Positions 33,058 to 46,394 of a stretch of DNA of 64,000 nt are shown one piece after another. Each line of letters begins with the position of its first letter. The stretch's first letter is position 1. This stretch comes from Perkinsela sp. CCAP 1560/9 (taxonomy: Eukaryota; Protista; Euglenozoa: Kinetoplastea), in contig CBFFSA010000012.1 of NCBI GenBank assembly GCA_965644495.1, forward strand, positions 186,001-250,000, read 5' to 3'. The position numbers were made by a program, and so were the translations under genes. The notes under the pieces were generated by a model. The model was not told the origin of the DNA. It did no database searches and saw nothing but the letters and a program-made list of their open reading frames with translations.

Positions 33058-33623
33058 AAAGATACAGTTTCTGTACCTTTTTGGTACATTTTCCTTTAGT
33101 TCATCTTTTCTTTCCCCGGCAGCGGGCATAGTCTTACTGTTATATGCCCGTTGCCGGCCGGCACTAAGGCCGAAACTGTCCCTCTTTCTCGGCGAAGTAG
33201 GGGACGCACTTCCACCCCATCACCCCTCCCCGGCTCACTCTTTGAGTGGGTTTTCTTCCCTCCCCGGCTTTCTTCCCTTCGCGCCCTTTCCTTCCCGGGG
33301 AGCCATGCGCCATGGTGGCCTCCCTTGAGCACCACTGGTCGTGGCTCTGCCTCGTCTTATCGCGAGGCAGCGGTCGGTTGCAGTGGGCCCCTCCGGCTGC
33401 GTAAAGAGGTGGTGAGTTGCCTGTACCACCTCTACCGACTGGGACCGAGTCGGTTGCAGTGCGCCCCTCCGGCTGCGTAAAGAGAGGGCGAGTTGCCTGG
33501 ACCACCTCTACCGACAGAGTCCGAGCTAAACCCCCTTGGTGCGACATCCGTCATTACGGATTGTGCCGATGATATCGGCTGTCGCATCAAGGGCTGTATC
33601 TCGGCGCCATGACGAGCGCATGA
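33058..33623 (+). mobile_element. SL-headed SINE-like retroelement, copy C
   Basis: AAAGATACAGTTTCTGTACCTTTTTG-GTAC start; collinear with copy A including the 76-bp internal duplication; ends GCGC-GCGCA-TGA. Confidence 0.8.
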
Positions 33624-33768
33624 ACATTAAAACTGGCGAAGCTATGTAAGAAAGTCTTAAGATATTGAAGAAAGAAATTAAGTTTAATTCATTGTACCAG
33701 TATAGAACTAGTATTGAAGGAGAGTAGCTTCGAAGTAGAGCTAGGATTCATATACGAAAAGCTTCTGT

Positions 33769-34278
33769 TTATCCTTTTTTCGATGCAGAATGACTTTTAA
33801 TGGGCTTCAACTTGTCCAAATTTCCACGAATAAAAATGCGATGGGCAATAACATGAGGGAGAGGACTGTATTGGTGGGGACTGTACATGTAAGCTAAAAT
33901 GGACAGCCACGAATCACATTTTTTTACCATTGGAGGAGCCCAGACATAGTGGCGGGCAGCAAAAGCAATCGATGGAAAAAGTTTATTGCCAAGAGTACAC
34001 CAGTAGACGTATTCATTGTGACGCAAGACGGGATCCCCTTCAAAGTTCGTACAGGAAACGTATTCTTTCCAGTCCATCTCAGTAGTGGAAAATAGAGGAG
34101 CATGTTGGTTCGCAAAACCTAAGTCTCGATCAAAGAGGTTATTGGCACGCTCGACAGAAATGCAAGGCAAATTGTATGGTTGACAGAATTCAGCGAAAAA
34201 TACGGGATCAAACCATACTGTATCTTTCCAAAAATCCGTGTTATGATTTTTCGATAGCCGAGTCGTGTGATGTTTCAA
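33769..34278 (-). pseudogene. hAT transposase C-terminal dimerisation domain fragment
   Basis: YW-x6-FPSIAFAARHY-x3-P pattern; partial copies at ~25855-25897 and ~47332-47600. Confidence 0.65.
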
Positions 34279-34402
34279 GGAATCCTAAAGTCCTTCCGGG
34301 CCAGATCCATCTTCTGTGTCTTCATACAATTGCTCCAGAGTCTCAGTGACATGCGTTAAATAGTAGTCTCAACAAAATTTAGTTTTCTCAACAAACTAAT
34401 TC

Positions 34403-35525
34403 AAATGACTGAAGGACAACAAACTGAAGGACCTTCCCAGGCAGTGCGCCCTGCCACTTCTACGGCTGTGCGGAAGCCCACGATGGAACTACATCGTGAG
34501 GACTCACAAGCCTCCGGTTACCAAAGTAGCCAACGCACAGGTCGACAAGGCCGTGATAGCATGTGCCGAAGCCTCTCTCGGAGGGATGGGCCCCTCGGGA
34601 AAGACGCCGTTCGCAAATGATCTTTTTACGGCAGATTTCCTGGGGACCATCCCTTTCGAGCATAAGGCCAAGGGCATGTAGGCCAAGGCTAAAAGTGTCC
34701 TGCAAGGCTTATCTCAAGGCCAGTCGACTAAAGATCAGCGCCGCTACCTTTGCGAGGCGGCCCTCGGGAAAGCCCCGTCCACCACGCAACTGGTCTGTAT
34801 GCGACAGATTCAGAACGTTCATTCCACTAAGTGGATGAATGCGTGGCCCAACCGGCCGGAGTATTACATGCGGGACCCGCAGTGGGAGACTGCGGCCCGT
34901 CTCCGGTACTTGGTCGCCCCCACCTCGGAGCCTGAGCTCCAGTGCGTGTGCGGTGCAACCCTCCGCAACGAGGAGTTTTGCGTACACGCACTGGATTGCA
35001 AAAAGGTTAAGGGGAAGACCCAGGCCTCCCGTCACAAGGAGGTCAAGGAGGCCTTACACTACGGGTTTAAACCGGACCTGTGCGAACCTCGGTTCGACAA
35101 TTGCCGAGGCCCGGACATCTGCTCCCAGTTGGGCAGGAAGCTCGCCCTCGTGGATGTCACCGTCGTAGATCTCTTGGCCTCCTCTTACGTGGACAAGGAG
35201 GCTGCGACACCATCCCACACCCTCAGGCTTGCTGAGGTCAACAAGCGCCGGTCTCATGAGGAGATGACCGCCGTCAGGGGTGATATCCCTTGGCATTCAC
35301 CACCTATGGGGTCCCCGGCCCGGACACCCTAAATTTCCTTAACAAGGTGGCCAGGGCCCACACATCTGACAAGAACGGATGCCTTTCCCACATCCTTATG
35401 ACCATAGGGGTGGCCATACAGAAAGGCAACGCCCAGATCGTTCAGGCGGCGCTACAAGATTGGTACCGTCGCGGTGTTACGGGGTAGGCTTCCGGTGGGC
35501 CTAGGGGGTTCACACCAAAAAAAAG
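34403..35525 (+). mobile_element. 5'-truncated CRE-clade non-LTR retrotransposon (endonuclease end)
   Basis: CVCG-HALDC, SRH, GPD, DVTV, IGVAIQKGNA; poly(A) at ~35517; absent from the paralogous site at 47630. Confidence 0.85.
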
Positions 35526-35947
35526 TATATTATACTTGCTCACGGGGGTAGAGTTCCAGACCGATGGGCTGCGGCGTCGTTTCCCCTCGTCTCCGCGTCG
35601 GTCCCGCCATGTCTCTCTTGCCGCTTTTCCCCTTTGGCGCGACGGCGTCTTTGCGCTTCGTCTCCTCCATGTCTCCCACCCTCGTACAGCAACACAAACC
35701 ATCTGATACTGCTAACGGGGTGGGAGCGGAGGTTCTGGACCACATGGGCCCCCGCGCGGACGAGTCGGTCAGTGGGGTGGGGCGTAAGTGGGGGAAGGGA
35801 AGTGAGTGTGGTCAGGGGCAGGAAGTGGGGGAAGGAAGGAAGTAGTGTGAAGGATTGTAAGTGTGGAGAGTGGGAAAGTTGGAAAAATAGATAAAAAAAT
35901 AGTATTTCAACAGCTCTAAAACAATTCTTTTTTTAATTGCAGCCACA

Positions 35948-36916
35948 ATGTTCAATCTGATACTGGTTTGTTTTATTTTTGCAGTAGACGATTCTCCGCA
36001 GCCACCTCCGCAAAAGCGACGAAAATTCGGTAGTAAAGTTAGCCCGGTTACAATGTCCGAAACTGACATGATGCGTCGGCTCGTCCAATATGTCGAGGGC
36101 CAGCCTCCAACATGGAAAAAGCGACCTTGCGCATGTTCTTGGAAAGGAGTGAAGTGTAACGGTGAGTCTCAAGTCACACACCTTCAGTGGAAGCGTTTGG
36201 GTCTCTCTGGAAATCTCACATGGCAATTTCTGCCTCCACATGTAGTAGAGGTTAACGTACAACGTGATATGTATAAGAATCCAACAGAACTGGAAGGGGC
36301 ATTATCCTCCACCGATTTGACCGCCCTAATGGAGTACTTTAATGTTGAAGAGCATCACCATCACGGAGTATTCGGATTCACAACACTTCCAGCACCGATG
36401 AAAACCCTCATTCTATCAAACAACCAATTCGAAGGCCCCGTCGATCTCACTCAGCTGTCCCCTAATATTGAACAAATTCGTGCTGACCGCAATTTATTTG
36501 ATGGCACGATAGACCTTTCTGCATTGCCTGCAAGAATGTCTCAGCTTTCGTTAAGTTTTAATCAATTAAGTGGTACGCTTGATCTTGTACACCTTCCGTG
36601 TACAATGCACAGGCTTTACCTCGGACACAACAAGTTTGAAGGGAAACTGGATGTCTCTTCACTTCCCTCAAGGCTAAGAAGTCTTGACGTTTCGAATAAT
36701 GAACTCGAGGGAGATGTGGATTTTACAGCATCAGGTTTAAACGAAAAATACATTCACCTGGATGGCAACGCTATTGAGGCTGTGATCTACGAAAAATGGG
36801 CTTCCAGAAGCCGTCATGAAATGGACAATTCCGTAGCCAGATATACCCCAGAAAGCTACGCACTCAAAAAGACGAAAATTTCACATAAATCCGAAAGCGA
36901 TGGACAGTTAACGTGA
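35948..36916 (+). CDS. LRR protein, triplicate copy 2
   Basis: 322-aa ORF closely similar to 28516-29484. Confidence 0.9.
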   Translation: MFNLILVCFIFAVDDSPQPPPQKRRKFGSKVSPVTMSETDMMRRLVQYVEGQPPTWKKRPCACSWKGVKCNGESQVTHLQWKRLGLSGNLTWQFLPPHVVEVNVQRDMYKNPTELEGALSSTDLTALMEYFNVEEHHHHGVFGFTTLPAPMKTLILSNNQFEGPVDLTQLSPNIEQIRADRNLFDGTIDLSALPARMSQLSLSFNQLSGTLDLVHLPCTMHRLYLGHNKFEGKLDVSSLPSRLRSLDVSNNELEGDVDFTASGLNEKYIHLDGNAIEAVIYEKWASRSRHEMDNSVARYTPESYALKKTKISHKSESDGQLT

Positions 36917-37654
36917 CTACGTTTCTCGTAGTAGACTTTCAGCCCTCTTATAAATATTTGTAAAGTATTTATTCAGGGTTCACAGAAACTATAAAACTAT
37001 CAATATAGTTACTATATTGATGACAGTACTATTAGTACTGTAAACTTGTGATATTACTAATATTACTAATAATTCATCAATTGAAATTTTTAAATGTGAC
37101 GGCAAACTTTAGTCAGTTTATATCTTCTATTAGGATTTATTTATCTATCTGCTTTCAAAGTTTATAGTGTTACTATAAGCTTTTTTTAAAAACTATAAAA
37201 ACTACATTTTTTTTATTTCGCTTTTTAAGCACTTTTAAGCTCACCAGCACGCCATAAATACACAGAAAATTCATTTTTGTACGATTTTTCTTATTTTTAA
37301 ACCCGAAAATTGATGCCCAAAATAAAAGTTACGAGGGGTAATTTCTGCAAAGATTATTTTATTGAAGTGTCGCGCACGGATGGAAGTAAACAAGCAGTTC
37401 AATGAAACTTATGTCAGGCGGTTCAAAGAAACTTGTGTCCGACTTTGGGCAAAAGGCCCTAATCAAGGGAGGGGGACATGAAAAATAATATGAAAGAAAA
37501 AAGCGCCTTTTTTTATCGTTGTTAAACAAGGTCCTGCTCCCTTTTGATACACTTTTTGTTGCTGGGGTAGACACGAAAAATCCGCCCCTTCGCGGCGGAT
37601 TCGACAAACTTTTTGACCTTACCTGAAATCTATTTTGGCCTGCCAGACAAAATG

Positions 37655-37704
37655 GTCCTATTAAAGGGGGGGTCGCACGTAGCCCTATTAAATATGGGGG
37701 ATAG
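37655..37704. repeat. Solo TIR of the pogo-like family seen at 4247-4294
   Basis: CCTATTAAAGGGGGG-CGTAGCCCTATTAAATA-GGGGATAG-TA. Confidence 0.65.
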
Positions 37705-38339
37705 TAATTCCTTTGAGATCCTTTAATAAAGACACGGGTCTGAAAATCTACAAAATTTATAATTATAGTACTATACAGTACTATAATTTTTCAAATACTA
37801 TACATAAAAATCTATAATTTTTTGAAGGATTTTTGACGGGTTTGGTTGATTTTTTCCCTCAAAAGAGAGTCCTTGTAACTTCTTTTCTTCCTTTGGCGGA
37901 AGAAGCACAATCAAAAAAACTGCAAAATATGTTTTCTACCGCGAAACATAAGAAACTTGACTAAGCCTGTCATAAACTGACTTTGTACTTGGTGCCGTTC
38001 GTGCTAAAAGAGAGCATCAAAACGTTTTTGAGCACTTTTTCCTGTTATAGATTTTTATAGATTTATAATACTATACAGGGGGGGTACTATATACTATATA
38101 CTATAGTACTATAATTTTTTTTTCAAATACTATAAATACATGTATATAATAACTACTATATACAGTAACTAACAAAAGTGTTCAAATGCTTTCATAAATT
38201 TTAATGTTTTTATATTTTACAAAAGAGATGCAGAGGATAATGCAGTAGTATATTATAGTAGTGTAGGCTGGAGTAGTGCTTACATTCCCACGTACTTAGA
38301 CTTCATCAACGATCTTACTATAAAAAACTATGAAAGATA

Positions 38340-39101
38340 CAGGGGCGGTTGTTGATCTTTCCCCCTCCTGGGAATTTTTAATTTTTTTATCCGTTTTTGC
38401 TCATCTTTGCAGCACTGAAGAGATCTCGTTCCCCTAGCGAAGCGCTTTACCGCCTTTTTTTCATAGAGACCCCCTGATGCCCTGTCGGCGACTCGAAAGT
38501 TGACAAAAATCGGAAATTTTGGATTTTTAATCATATTCAGAAAAAATGACTTCAAAAAAAAATGTTTGTCCTAGAAGAAAACCACAACGAATCAATATCC
38601 AGAAGGTCCTCCATTGTTTTGCAGTACTTTTCGAAGCCTATTGGGAACCGAATCAATGGAGTTTAACACTTTTTGTTTCTGTGCGATATTAGGGGGTATT
38701 TTTGCCTATTAGCTTTCCACCCTTCTACATATTCACTACTTGTAGGGTTAGTCGGTCTTGTATTCGTGTTGTTGAGGTTTGAAAAATTCTATTAAGCAGC
38801 TATTGATGTTTCTACAGAAATATCGCTTGAGCATAAAGAAATTAGAAGACTATTTAAGCTTACACATATTCAAATAAACCACAAAAACATGAAAGTATGG
38901 GGAAAAAATGGTTGTGTGCACAAAACATTCCCCAGAAAACTGTGTTTTTTCGACCCAGGGGGCATCAGGGGGTCTCTATGAAAAAAAGGCGGCAAAGCGC
39001 TTCGCTAGGGGAATGAGATCTCTTCAATGCTGCAAAGATAAGCGAAAACGGATAAAAAAATTAAAATTTCCCAGAGGGGGCAAGATCAACAACCGCCCCT
39101 G
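38340..39101. mobile_element. MITE with ~145-bp TIRs nested in a Tc1 end
   Basis: CAGGGGCGGTTGTTGATCTT / AAGATCAACAACCGCCCCTG, TA TSD; the paralog at 41777 shows the empty site GAAAGATATAATG. Confidence 0.9.
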
Positions 39102-39209
39102 TATAATGCGAGCCCAACACTTGAACACTTTTTTCACTTTTTTGAGATTATTTTTTTTTGACCAGAACTTGGTCTTACTTCACCCTTACCAAACCAAAAT
39201 GACTAAAAC

Positions 39210-40294
39210 TTAATACTTCGCCCTAATTACTGCCCTTAAACGACGGGGCATGCTGCGGACAAGAGGAAGAGATGCACAAGAGGAAGGTCTGCCCACGCTT
39301 TTTGGGCGCGTTCCCAAAGTTCCAACATTCCTACGGGAGGATCTGGGTGATCCGCAGTTGACTTTTTGAGCTCGTCCCACAGGTGCTCTATGGGATTTAA
39401 ATCGGGAAACTGCGGGGGCCAGTCTAGGACACACAATTCTTCCAAACGAAGGAATTCCCGAGCCTTCTTAGTCGTGTGCTTTGGATCATTTTCTTGTTGG
39501 AAGATGATCCGGTCCTTCATGACATCCAACTTGTGGAGGAAAGGAGGCAAATACTGTTGAAGTATTTGAACATATTGTTCAGCATTCATGTTGCCATGAA
39601 CCAGAGCAATGGAGCCCACGCCGTGAGCCATCATACACCCCCATATCATGATGGATCCTCCACCGTACTTCACAGTGCCGTGGGTATTGCGCTCTGAAAG
39701 TGCTTCCCCAAAGCTCACCCACGCCCACCGGCTGCCATTCGACTCAAAACGGTAGATCTTACTTTCATCGGTAAAGAGCACACGGCTCCAGTCGGCGTGC
39801 GTCCAATGCTCGTACTTCTTTGCAAAAGCAAGACGTAGAGCTTTGTGACGCTTCGTGAGGTGGGGCTTCCGTAATTTCTTCTTCCCCTTCAAACCACGCT
39901 TCCGAAGGGAAACCCGAATGGTTTGAGGTGAAACATCTGCAACCCCCTCATCTCTTAACCGTTTACTAGTAGCGACTGCATCCTTAGTTGCACCGCTGGT
40001 GATTAGGCGGCGGACGCGATTGGAAAATGTCTCGGTAAGCTTGCGAGGGCGACCTGTTTTTTGTTTGTTAACTAAGTTGGGAAGATATTTTTTCTTAATG
40101 TTACTTACATTTCCTACGCTTAATTGTAGATCTGACGATATCTTCCGAACTGATAATCCGTTCATTAGTTTTTCTATAACAAGCCTATGTAGATCACTGG
40201 GTGTACTGCGCATAAAAAGTATAGCAAACGGAGTAAGATTTTCTTTGTTTACTTTGCGTTTCATTGCACTCCGCAGCCCTTTTTTCTTGCCCAT
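39210..40294 (-). pseudogene. Tc1 transposase, second catalytic D changed to E, C-terminal frameshift
   Basis: GRPRKL, KPHLT-HK-RL-FA, FTDESK, KYGGGSIMIWG, FQQENDPKH, PDLNPIEHLW. Confidence 0.9.
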
Positions 40295-41150
40295 TTTTTC
40301 TTTTCTTTCTAGGTTCGTAAGAAAATAGTCAGAAAATTTTAGTAACTTATGCAGTAACTTATGTATATGAATGCACCTTATTCCCATATACCGTATTATC
40401 ATGCCGTATACTGATACCCTCTACTTATCAGACTTCATGCAACAGATCCAATGGAGCTGGAGGTTCTATGATATCTGGGCGTAATATTCCTACAATGCGC
40501 AACTCGCATATGAAATAGGGTACATTCCCTCCTAAATACAACACAACATAAATAGTCTTCTTCAATACAGCACAACAGAATCTCATGTTCCTCGCGTGTT
40601 CCTTTCTCATGTTCCTTTCACTCATTTTTTTTCTCGGCGATCACAGTGCCAGGCAAGCCAAGGTGTGTATACTACGCCCGAGACAATGGGGAGTTGCTAT
40701 GTCCCTGGGTAGAAGGTCGTCCAGGGATTAGCAACACCCTCATTATAACGGACTTCATAAGCACTTTGAACCGGGACCAAGCCCAGTATGCCTGGCAAGC
40801 CATGGCCTGGAATACGTATTCTTCTCCTTCCTTTTCTTCCTTCCTCTTCTTCTACGCGATACCGTGCGCAGGAACACTTCAACCGAAGTCAACTTCGGAC
40901 GTCATACCAGTATATCCACAGTCACCTGTCGCGTGTTACACACACTAGCATCCCACTACATCGATCGTGGCGAATGCGCCACAAACATGCACAGCAAATA
41001 ATTTTTTCCAGGACTGCTGTACCTTCGACGGCGAACTTGATGAAAACAGCGAGGCGATCACCCTTTGAAAACCCAAACATCGGGAAATCCATGGTGTGTG
41101 CCACTCATTTTCTTCCTCTTCTCCCTTCATCAAAAAAATTCTCACTTAGC

Positions 41151-41370
41151 GACCTCACTACACAATAGTAGCCACAAATAATTGGATCGTAGTGTCCGGA
41201 ACTCAGCACAGGCTAAAGGACCACACTACACAAATCGTAGTGCGAACACAGTCACAAAAAGTCTCAGATCATAAAATCCGGAGCACAAAACAAGTCCGAA
41301 GGACCTAACTACTTCGATCGTAGGGGACATAGAGCCATACAAGGCCTCGGATCATAATGTCCGGAATACA
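41151..41370 (+). repeat. Array of ~83-bp structured repeat units (left)
   Basis: GGACCTCACTAC-GTAGTG-GAGCC-GGCCTCGGATC-ATCCGGAAC-AAGTCCGAA units; same orientation as 46395-46584. Confidence 0.8.
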
Positions 41371-41607
41371 GCTCCGTCCCAAAATTTTGAAACCGTTCTA
41401 TAGAGAGCACCGTGACTTTGTTTTTAGTTCTGTAAAAAGCTAAGTTTATGGGAATACCACAAGAGGACCGGAAAACTAGTTTAAATTGACGTACGTTAAC
41501 GTTTGAAAAAATCTTTTTTTTGCTGAACTAAATTTGTTTGACATACGCTTTTTACAAAACTTGATTAACAAATACTCTTTTTTTATACGATGTCCATGTC
41601 ACACATA

Positions 41608-44600
41608 CAGTAACTAAAAAAAGTGTTCAAATGTTTCAACAATTTTTAGTGTTTTTATTTTTTACAAAAGGGAATCAGGGGATAACGCAGTAGTATATAA
41701 TAGTAGTGTAGGCTCGAGTAGTGCTTGTATTCCCATGTACTTGAACTTCATCAATGACCTTACAATAAAAAATCAAGAAAGATATAATGTCAGTCCAACA
41801 CTTGAATACTTTTTTCACTTTTTTGGGGACAACATTTTTCATATAAAAACTTTCTCTTACTTCCTCCTTATCAGTCCAAAATGCCGTAAACTTAGTACTT
41901 TGTAAGCCCCCCCTTCGCCTTAATCACTGCCCTCAACCGGCGAGGCATGCTCTGAACAAGAGGAAGGCATCCACTCGGAGGAACATTCGCCTACGCTTTT
42001 TGGACGCGTTCCCACAATTCCAGCATTCCTGTTGGAGGGTCTGGATGGTCCGCTGTCCCCTTTTTCAACTCAACCCATAGGTTTTCTATGGGATTTAAGT
42101 CTGGAGACTGAGGGGGCCAGTCAAGCATACACAGCCTTTGCGAATTTAGGAAATCACGAGCCATCTTACTCGTGTGCTTCGGATCGTTGTCTTGTTGAAA
42201 GATGATAGTATCCTTCGCGACACTCAGCTTCTGAAGAGAAGGGGGTAAATTCTGTAGCAGAATTTGAACATACTGTTCAGCGTTCATGTTACCATGAACT
42301 AACTCAACAGAGCCCACACCATGGGCCATCATGCAACCCCATATCATGATGGACCCCCCTCCATATTTGACGGTGCTTTGTGTGTTTCTCTCTGACAGCG
42401 CCTCCCCAAAACTCACCCAGACCCACCGGCTGCCATTGGATTCAAATCGGCAGATCTTTGCTTCGTCCGTAAAAAGGACACGACCCCAGTCATACTTTCG
42501 AGACCGCAAAGTGCATTCGACTGCGTGGGGAAGCACCGTTTCGTTCTCACTTTGTTGTTCACAATGAAATTGGTGAGATTTTGGCTGCCGTATACACTCG
42601 AAATGAAAGTTTTGACACTTTGCACAATGTTCTTTCAAACATAGCATCACGTCCAGGAAGCAAAGCAATGGTTATATATGTTGACAACTGTTGCACAGTA
42701 CGTTCTAAAATAAGAATATGGTGTATCGTTCCAGCCGAGGAACCAACATTTGTGAAAGTTTTCATTCTCGTTTAAAAGCTAAAGTGAAGCTTCGCGCGCG
42801 TAGCTCAGCAGAAACTGTAGACGCGCTGACAAGGAGCTTTATTTATCGAAGTAATGTGAAATGTGCTGTGAGCTTCAAATCAGCGCCGGATATGATGTGT
42901 TTCGACGCTCTGTTGTTTCGAACTTTGAAAGAAACCTTCTCTTCTCTCTTCCTGGGGGCGGACGATGCAAGATTATGTAATAGTCCTTTTGCACTTCTCC
43001 CTGTGGCGAAACAACTAACGACTCATGAACCTCCTTGTCTGATAATCAGCTGAGTAACGTTCGCAGCTGGGCGCAAAATAAGTTTGGTTGCGAGCCCGTG
43101 TTTCTTGGTAAAGACGATGTGGAATTTAACTTCGCACTTTCTGCTACACCAACTAAGCACGAGGAAAAGGTGCGTTTCCTAGGTGGAGAGTGCACCGCAG
43201 CGTCAATGATGAGCGCACTTGAATACATGTGTGCGGGAGATCCCAGTATTCTGCGGTGCGATACATCGCGGGTGGACAAAGATACGACGTTCGAACGAGT
43301 TCTTGAACACTTGAGCAAGCCCGAGAACGACGTCCAGGAAGTTATAACCAAGGTTTCGCACGGGCAATTATTTCTTCCCCTAGTTCGCTCTCTTGCCAAT
43401 GTCATTTCAAGCACTGTACTCGTTCTACACGAGCTTTCACACGTACCATATCTAGTGGTTCCTTTTGATATCACCAACTCCGCAGAGGCACAGAATATGC
43501 GGTGTTTGCGTACTTGATATCCCTGGTGCAGGAATATTTAAAACTTTTGATACAGATTTTGATGTAGGTTTGGGGGCGCACGAGGATATCATAATGGTTG
43601 ACGACTTACCTGTACAACATTTTACCGCGACAGGAAATAGCAACGCATGTCACCTGGCAACACATTTATATGCTCCAAGAATTGATCCTCGCCAAAGAAA
43701 CGTGATCGTGAAATTCAATCCCCTTGAAGTGCGCTTGCTCCTGCAATGTGTCATCGATGAAGTGCGCGACAAATCTTCGAGGCACATACCTTGGCCGAAA
43801 GTTTTATCAAGATTCAGCTCCGTGGTCAAAGAAAATGAGGACCAGTATAGATTTCCTCGAGATTTTAATCAGTTACGGGTTGCGTATCAGAACAGACTTT
43901 GCTACAAGGAATGCGCGGAGGACGTGAAGTCGCATGATGAGATAATGGGCGAGCTTCGCGCAAAAGAGGATGCTAGAAAAAAGAGAGGACGCAAATGTCC
44001 AAATAGAGATTCGCGAATAGAAGTAGACGGCTTTGAGAATGCGGAAAATGTTCCTCTGTAACCCGTTGAGGCAAAGGAGAATTCGCTTTTTAAGAAATAT
44101 TTCGTAAAAACAGTAGTTAAAGGAATACGTAAAGGATAAATTAAAGATTAGGTTCCTAATTTTGTCTTCATAGGTTAAAAAATACGCACGACTCTGCACC
44201 TTCATCAACGCTACACCTCCTCCCTGGCTGATCTCCCCCCCCCCTGACTTTTCCCTCTTTTTCGGTTTTTGACGTTAAGTCAAAGGGTTGAATTTCCTCT
44301 CTTTGACTTATACCCCATTTTCAGTTTTATGCATAAAAAACGTAAAGTTAGTCACTACTCAGTAAAGTTGGTACTTGCTAAAAAACTTAATATAACATGT
44401 CCTTCCTTTAAGTGCAATCGCAAAAATCATGAATGTCTTCAAAAATTATTAGTAGCACGTCGTTGTCGTTCACCTTTCTGTTGCAATTCCAACTTTATGT
44501 TGCACTTCTCGGCTAAAGAGCATACCGATTGAGATTTCTTCTCCACCTTTCCCACCAGAAAACTCCTCTTGCGCTTTTATGCTTTCACCCATTCCCGTCG

Positions 44601-44871
44601 GTGAACCACGTTTTCCTACTGACCTTCCACCTATCTTCATCCTTCACTTTCATGACCTTCAATCTATGAAATAATGGATTTTTGCTACACCCCACCGAAC
44701 TCAATACATAAATCAATATACTTGAACTGTAACCTCTTCTGCCGGCGGAAGTGCCCACTACTCGAGCCTACACTACTATTATATACTACTGCGTTATCCC
44801 CTGATTCCCTTTTGTAAAAAATTAAAACACTAAAAATTGTTGAAACATTTGAACACTTTTTTTAGTTACTG
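41608..44871 (-). mobile_element. Tc1 element with near-identical ~115-bp TIRs carrying foreign internal DNA
   Basis: CAGTAACTAAAAAAAGTGTTCAAATG / CATTTGAACACTTTTTTTAGTTACTG, TA TSD; transposase 3' half at 41892-42500 (FTDE, QQDNDPKH, SPDLNPIEN). Confidence 0.9.
42585..44061 (+). pseudogene. Fragmented KDZ/Zisupton-like transposase with downstream domains
   Basis: IYVDNCC and RGTNICESFHSRL resemble Kyakuja-Dileera-Zisupton-type catalytic motifs; Myb-like IPWPKVL-QLRVAYQN downstream. Confidence 0.45.
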
Positions 44872-44903
44872 TATCTCCCAGGGCGCATGGGAGCTCTGAT
44901 AGC

Positions 44904-46332
44904 ATGAGCTCAGGTTACACGAGCTCGGAGTACACGAGTTCGGAGGCAACTTCGGAGAGCAATTCCAAAAATTCAACAGTTTGCCAATCAGGCTCTTCTG
45001 ACGTTTCATCATTGTCTTCGCACTCACCGGCGTACGCAAGCTCTGATTCAGAGGATGATCCGAACTGGGATCCAGAAGATGAGTCAACAGACTCAGAAAT
45101 ATCGGACTCTGAGTCTGATTTTTTTGAAGAAGAGACTCTTTTCAAAATAAATCAAGAAATACAGGGGTCTGTCCAAGATGATAATCATCTTTATCCAGTT
45201 CCTCCGAATTTCGTGGAACCTGAAAAATGCTTTGACATCCGGCTTATCAAAGCAGCAGAAGACCTATGCCAAATGTTTCGACCTCAGTCCTCTAATCCAC
45301 GAACTTCTCACCCTCATCCCTCTGATGATCCACCTATTGACCTTCAGCTCCCTGATGCTCCATCTATTGACCCTCAGCCCTCTGATGTTCCATCTATTGA
45401 CCCTCCGACCGAAATACGATGAGCTTAAAAAGAAACATAACTCTGTTTTGAAGGATCAGCATTCCCTTCTGACCGCGATGGCTGTTCTTAGAACACGGTT
45501 AGCCTCTCAAATCTCGGGCCAGAACTCTAAGCGGAAACGCGGCCGACCTATGAAGCGCAAAACGACGCACCTGAATGGACTTCCGGTTATATGGAAAAGA
45601 AGGGGAAGCTTATCCGAAACGGGAGTCGTCACTTTGAAAGTTTTGCACAGCACAAGACTTTTTACCCAGGGACAGTTGTGTCATATGCTTACTCTCAATA
45701 AAGCGACTTGCCATCGTTTGCTGACGACTCATTCTTCAGCTGATGGTAGAATCGAAAAAGTGAAAGAAACCGCTAATACGCTACTGGAATGGGAACACTT
45801 TGAGAGTGCCAGAGTCTTGCTGCCCCAGATAATGGCGGCCAATCCTGTCCATCGCACTTTGAACAGACTGATGTGTGCAATGGCCGAAGCATCCGGACAC
45901 CAATTTGTTATCTCGCGGCATCGCATGCGTGCTCTGCTTACATATTATGATTACAAGTTTAGGTCCAAAATTAGTACGCTTCATCTTTCTGCCGAGAAAA
46001 GGGAGGCCCGTGTGAATTTCTGTCGCGCACTGCTTAAAGAAGATGAAGTGACAGGGGGCACCTTTTTGAAAAATTTGTGCTTTAGTGACGAGGTGTACAT
46101 TCATGCGGGTGATTTGTCACGCTCAGCGTGGCAATCTCCAACAGATCCTGTTGCAAGGAGTCGAACCCATCATCCCACGAAAGTCCTTCTCTGGGGTGCA
46201 ATTGATTCCAATGGGGAAATCCTATTTCGATGGTGCGATGATTTTGAACACTTTTATCGCCATGACACTTGTCAAAATCAAAAAGGGTCTCAAAAAGGGA
46301 AAGGGCTCGGCAGCATGTATTATAGAAGATGA
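44904..46332 (+). pseudogene. IS630/Tc1-like transposase with long acidic N-terminal extension, truncated
   Basis: KRGRP, HLSAEKREARVNFC, FSDE, LLWGAI; frameshift near 45415; original start ATG at 41590 was split off by the Tc1 insertion. Confidence 0.7.
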
Positions 46333-46394
46333 TTCTTCGGGATCATTGGATTCCATATGCCAGGAAACTTTCAAAATTGCCAGAATGGGGTTGT

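Larger units (their letters stand above)
38163..40330 (-). mobile_element. Tc1 (DD34E-type) element, one end missing, interrupted by a MITE
   Basis: Terminus TA-CAGTAACTAACAAAAGTGTTCAAATG shared with the 41608 element. Confidence 0.8.

Noticed and set aside
40646-41145. PHD- or chromodomain-like remnant on the minus strand
   Set aside because: Only scattered residues match across several frames; too weak to call
11641-46332. Fanzor/TnpB nuclease associated with the Tc1/IS630-like elements
   Set aside because: No ORF shows RuvC-type motifs with the C-terminal zinc finger and DxNA pattern
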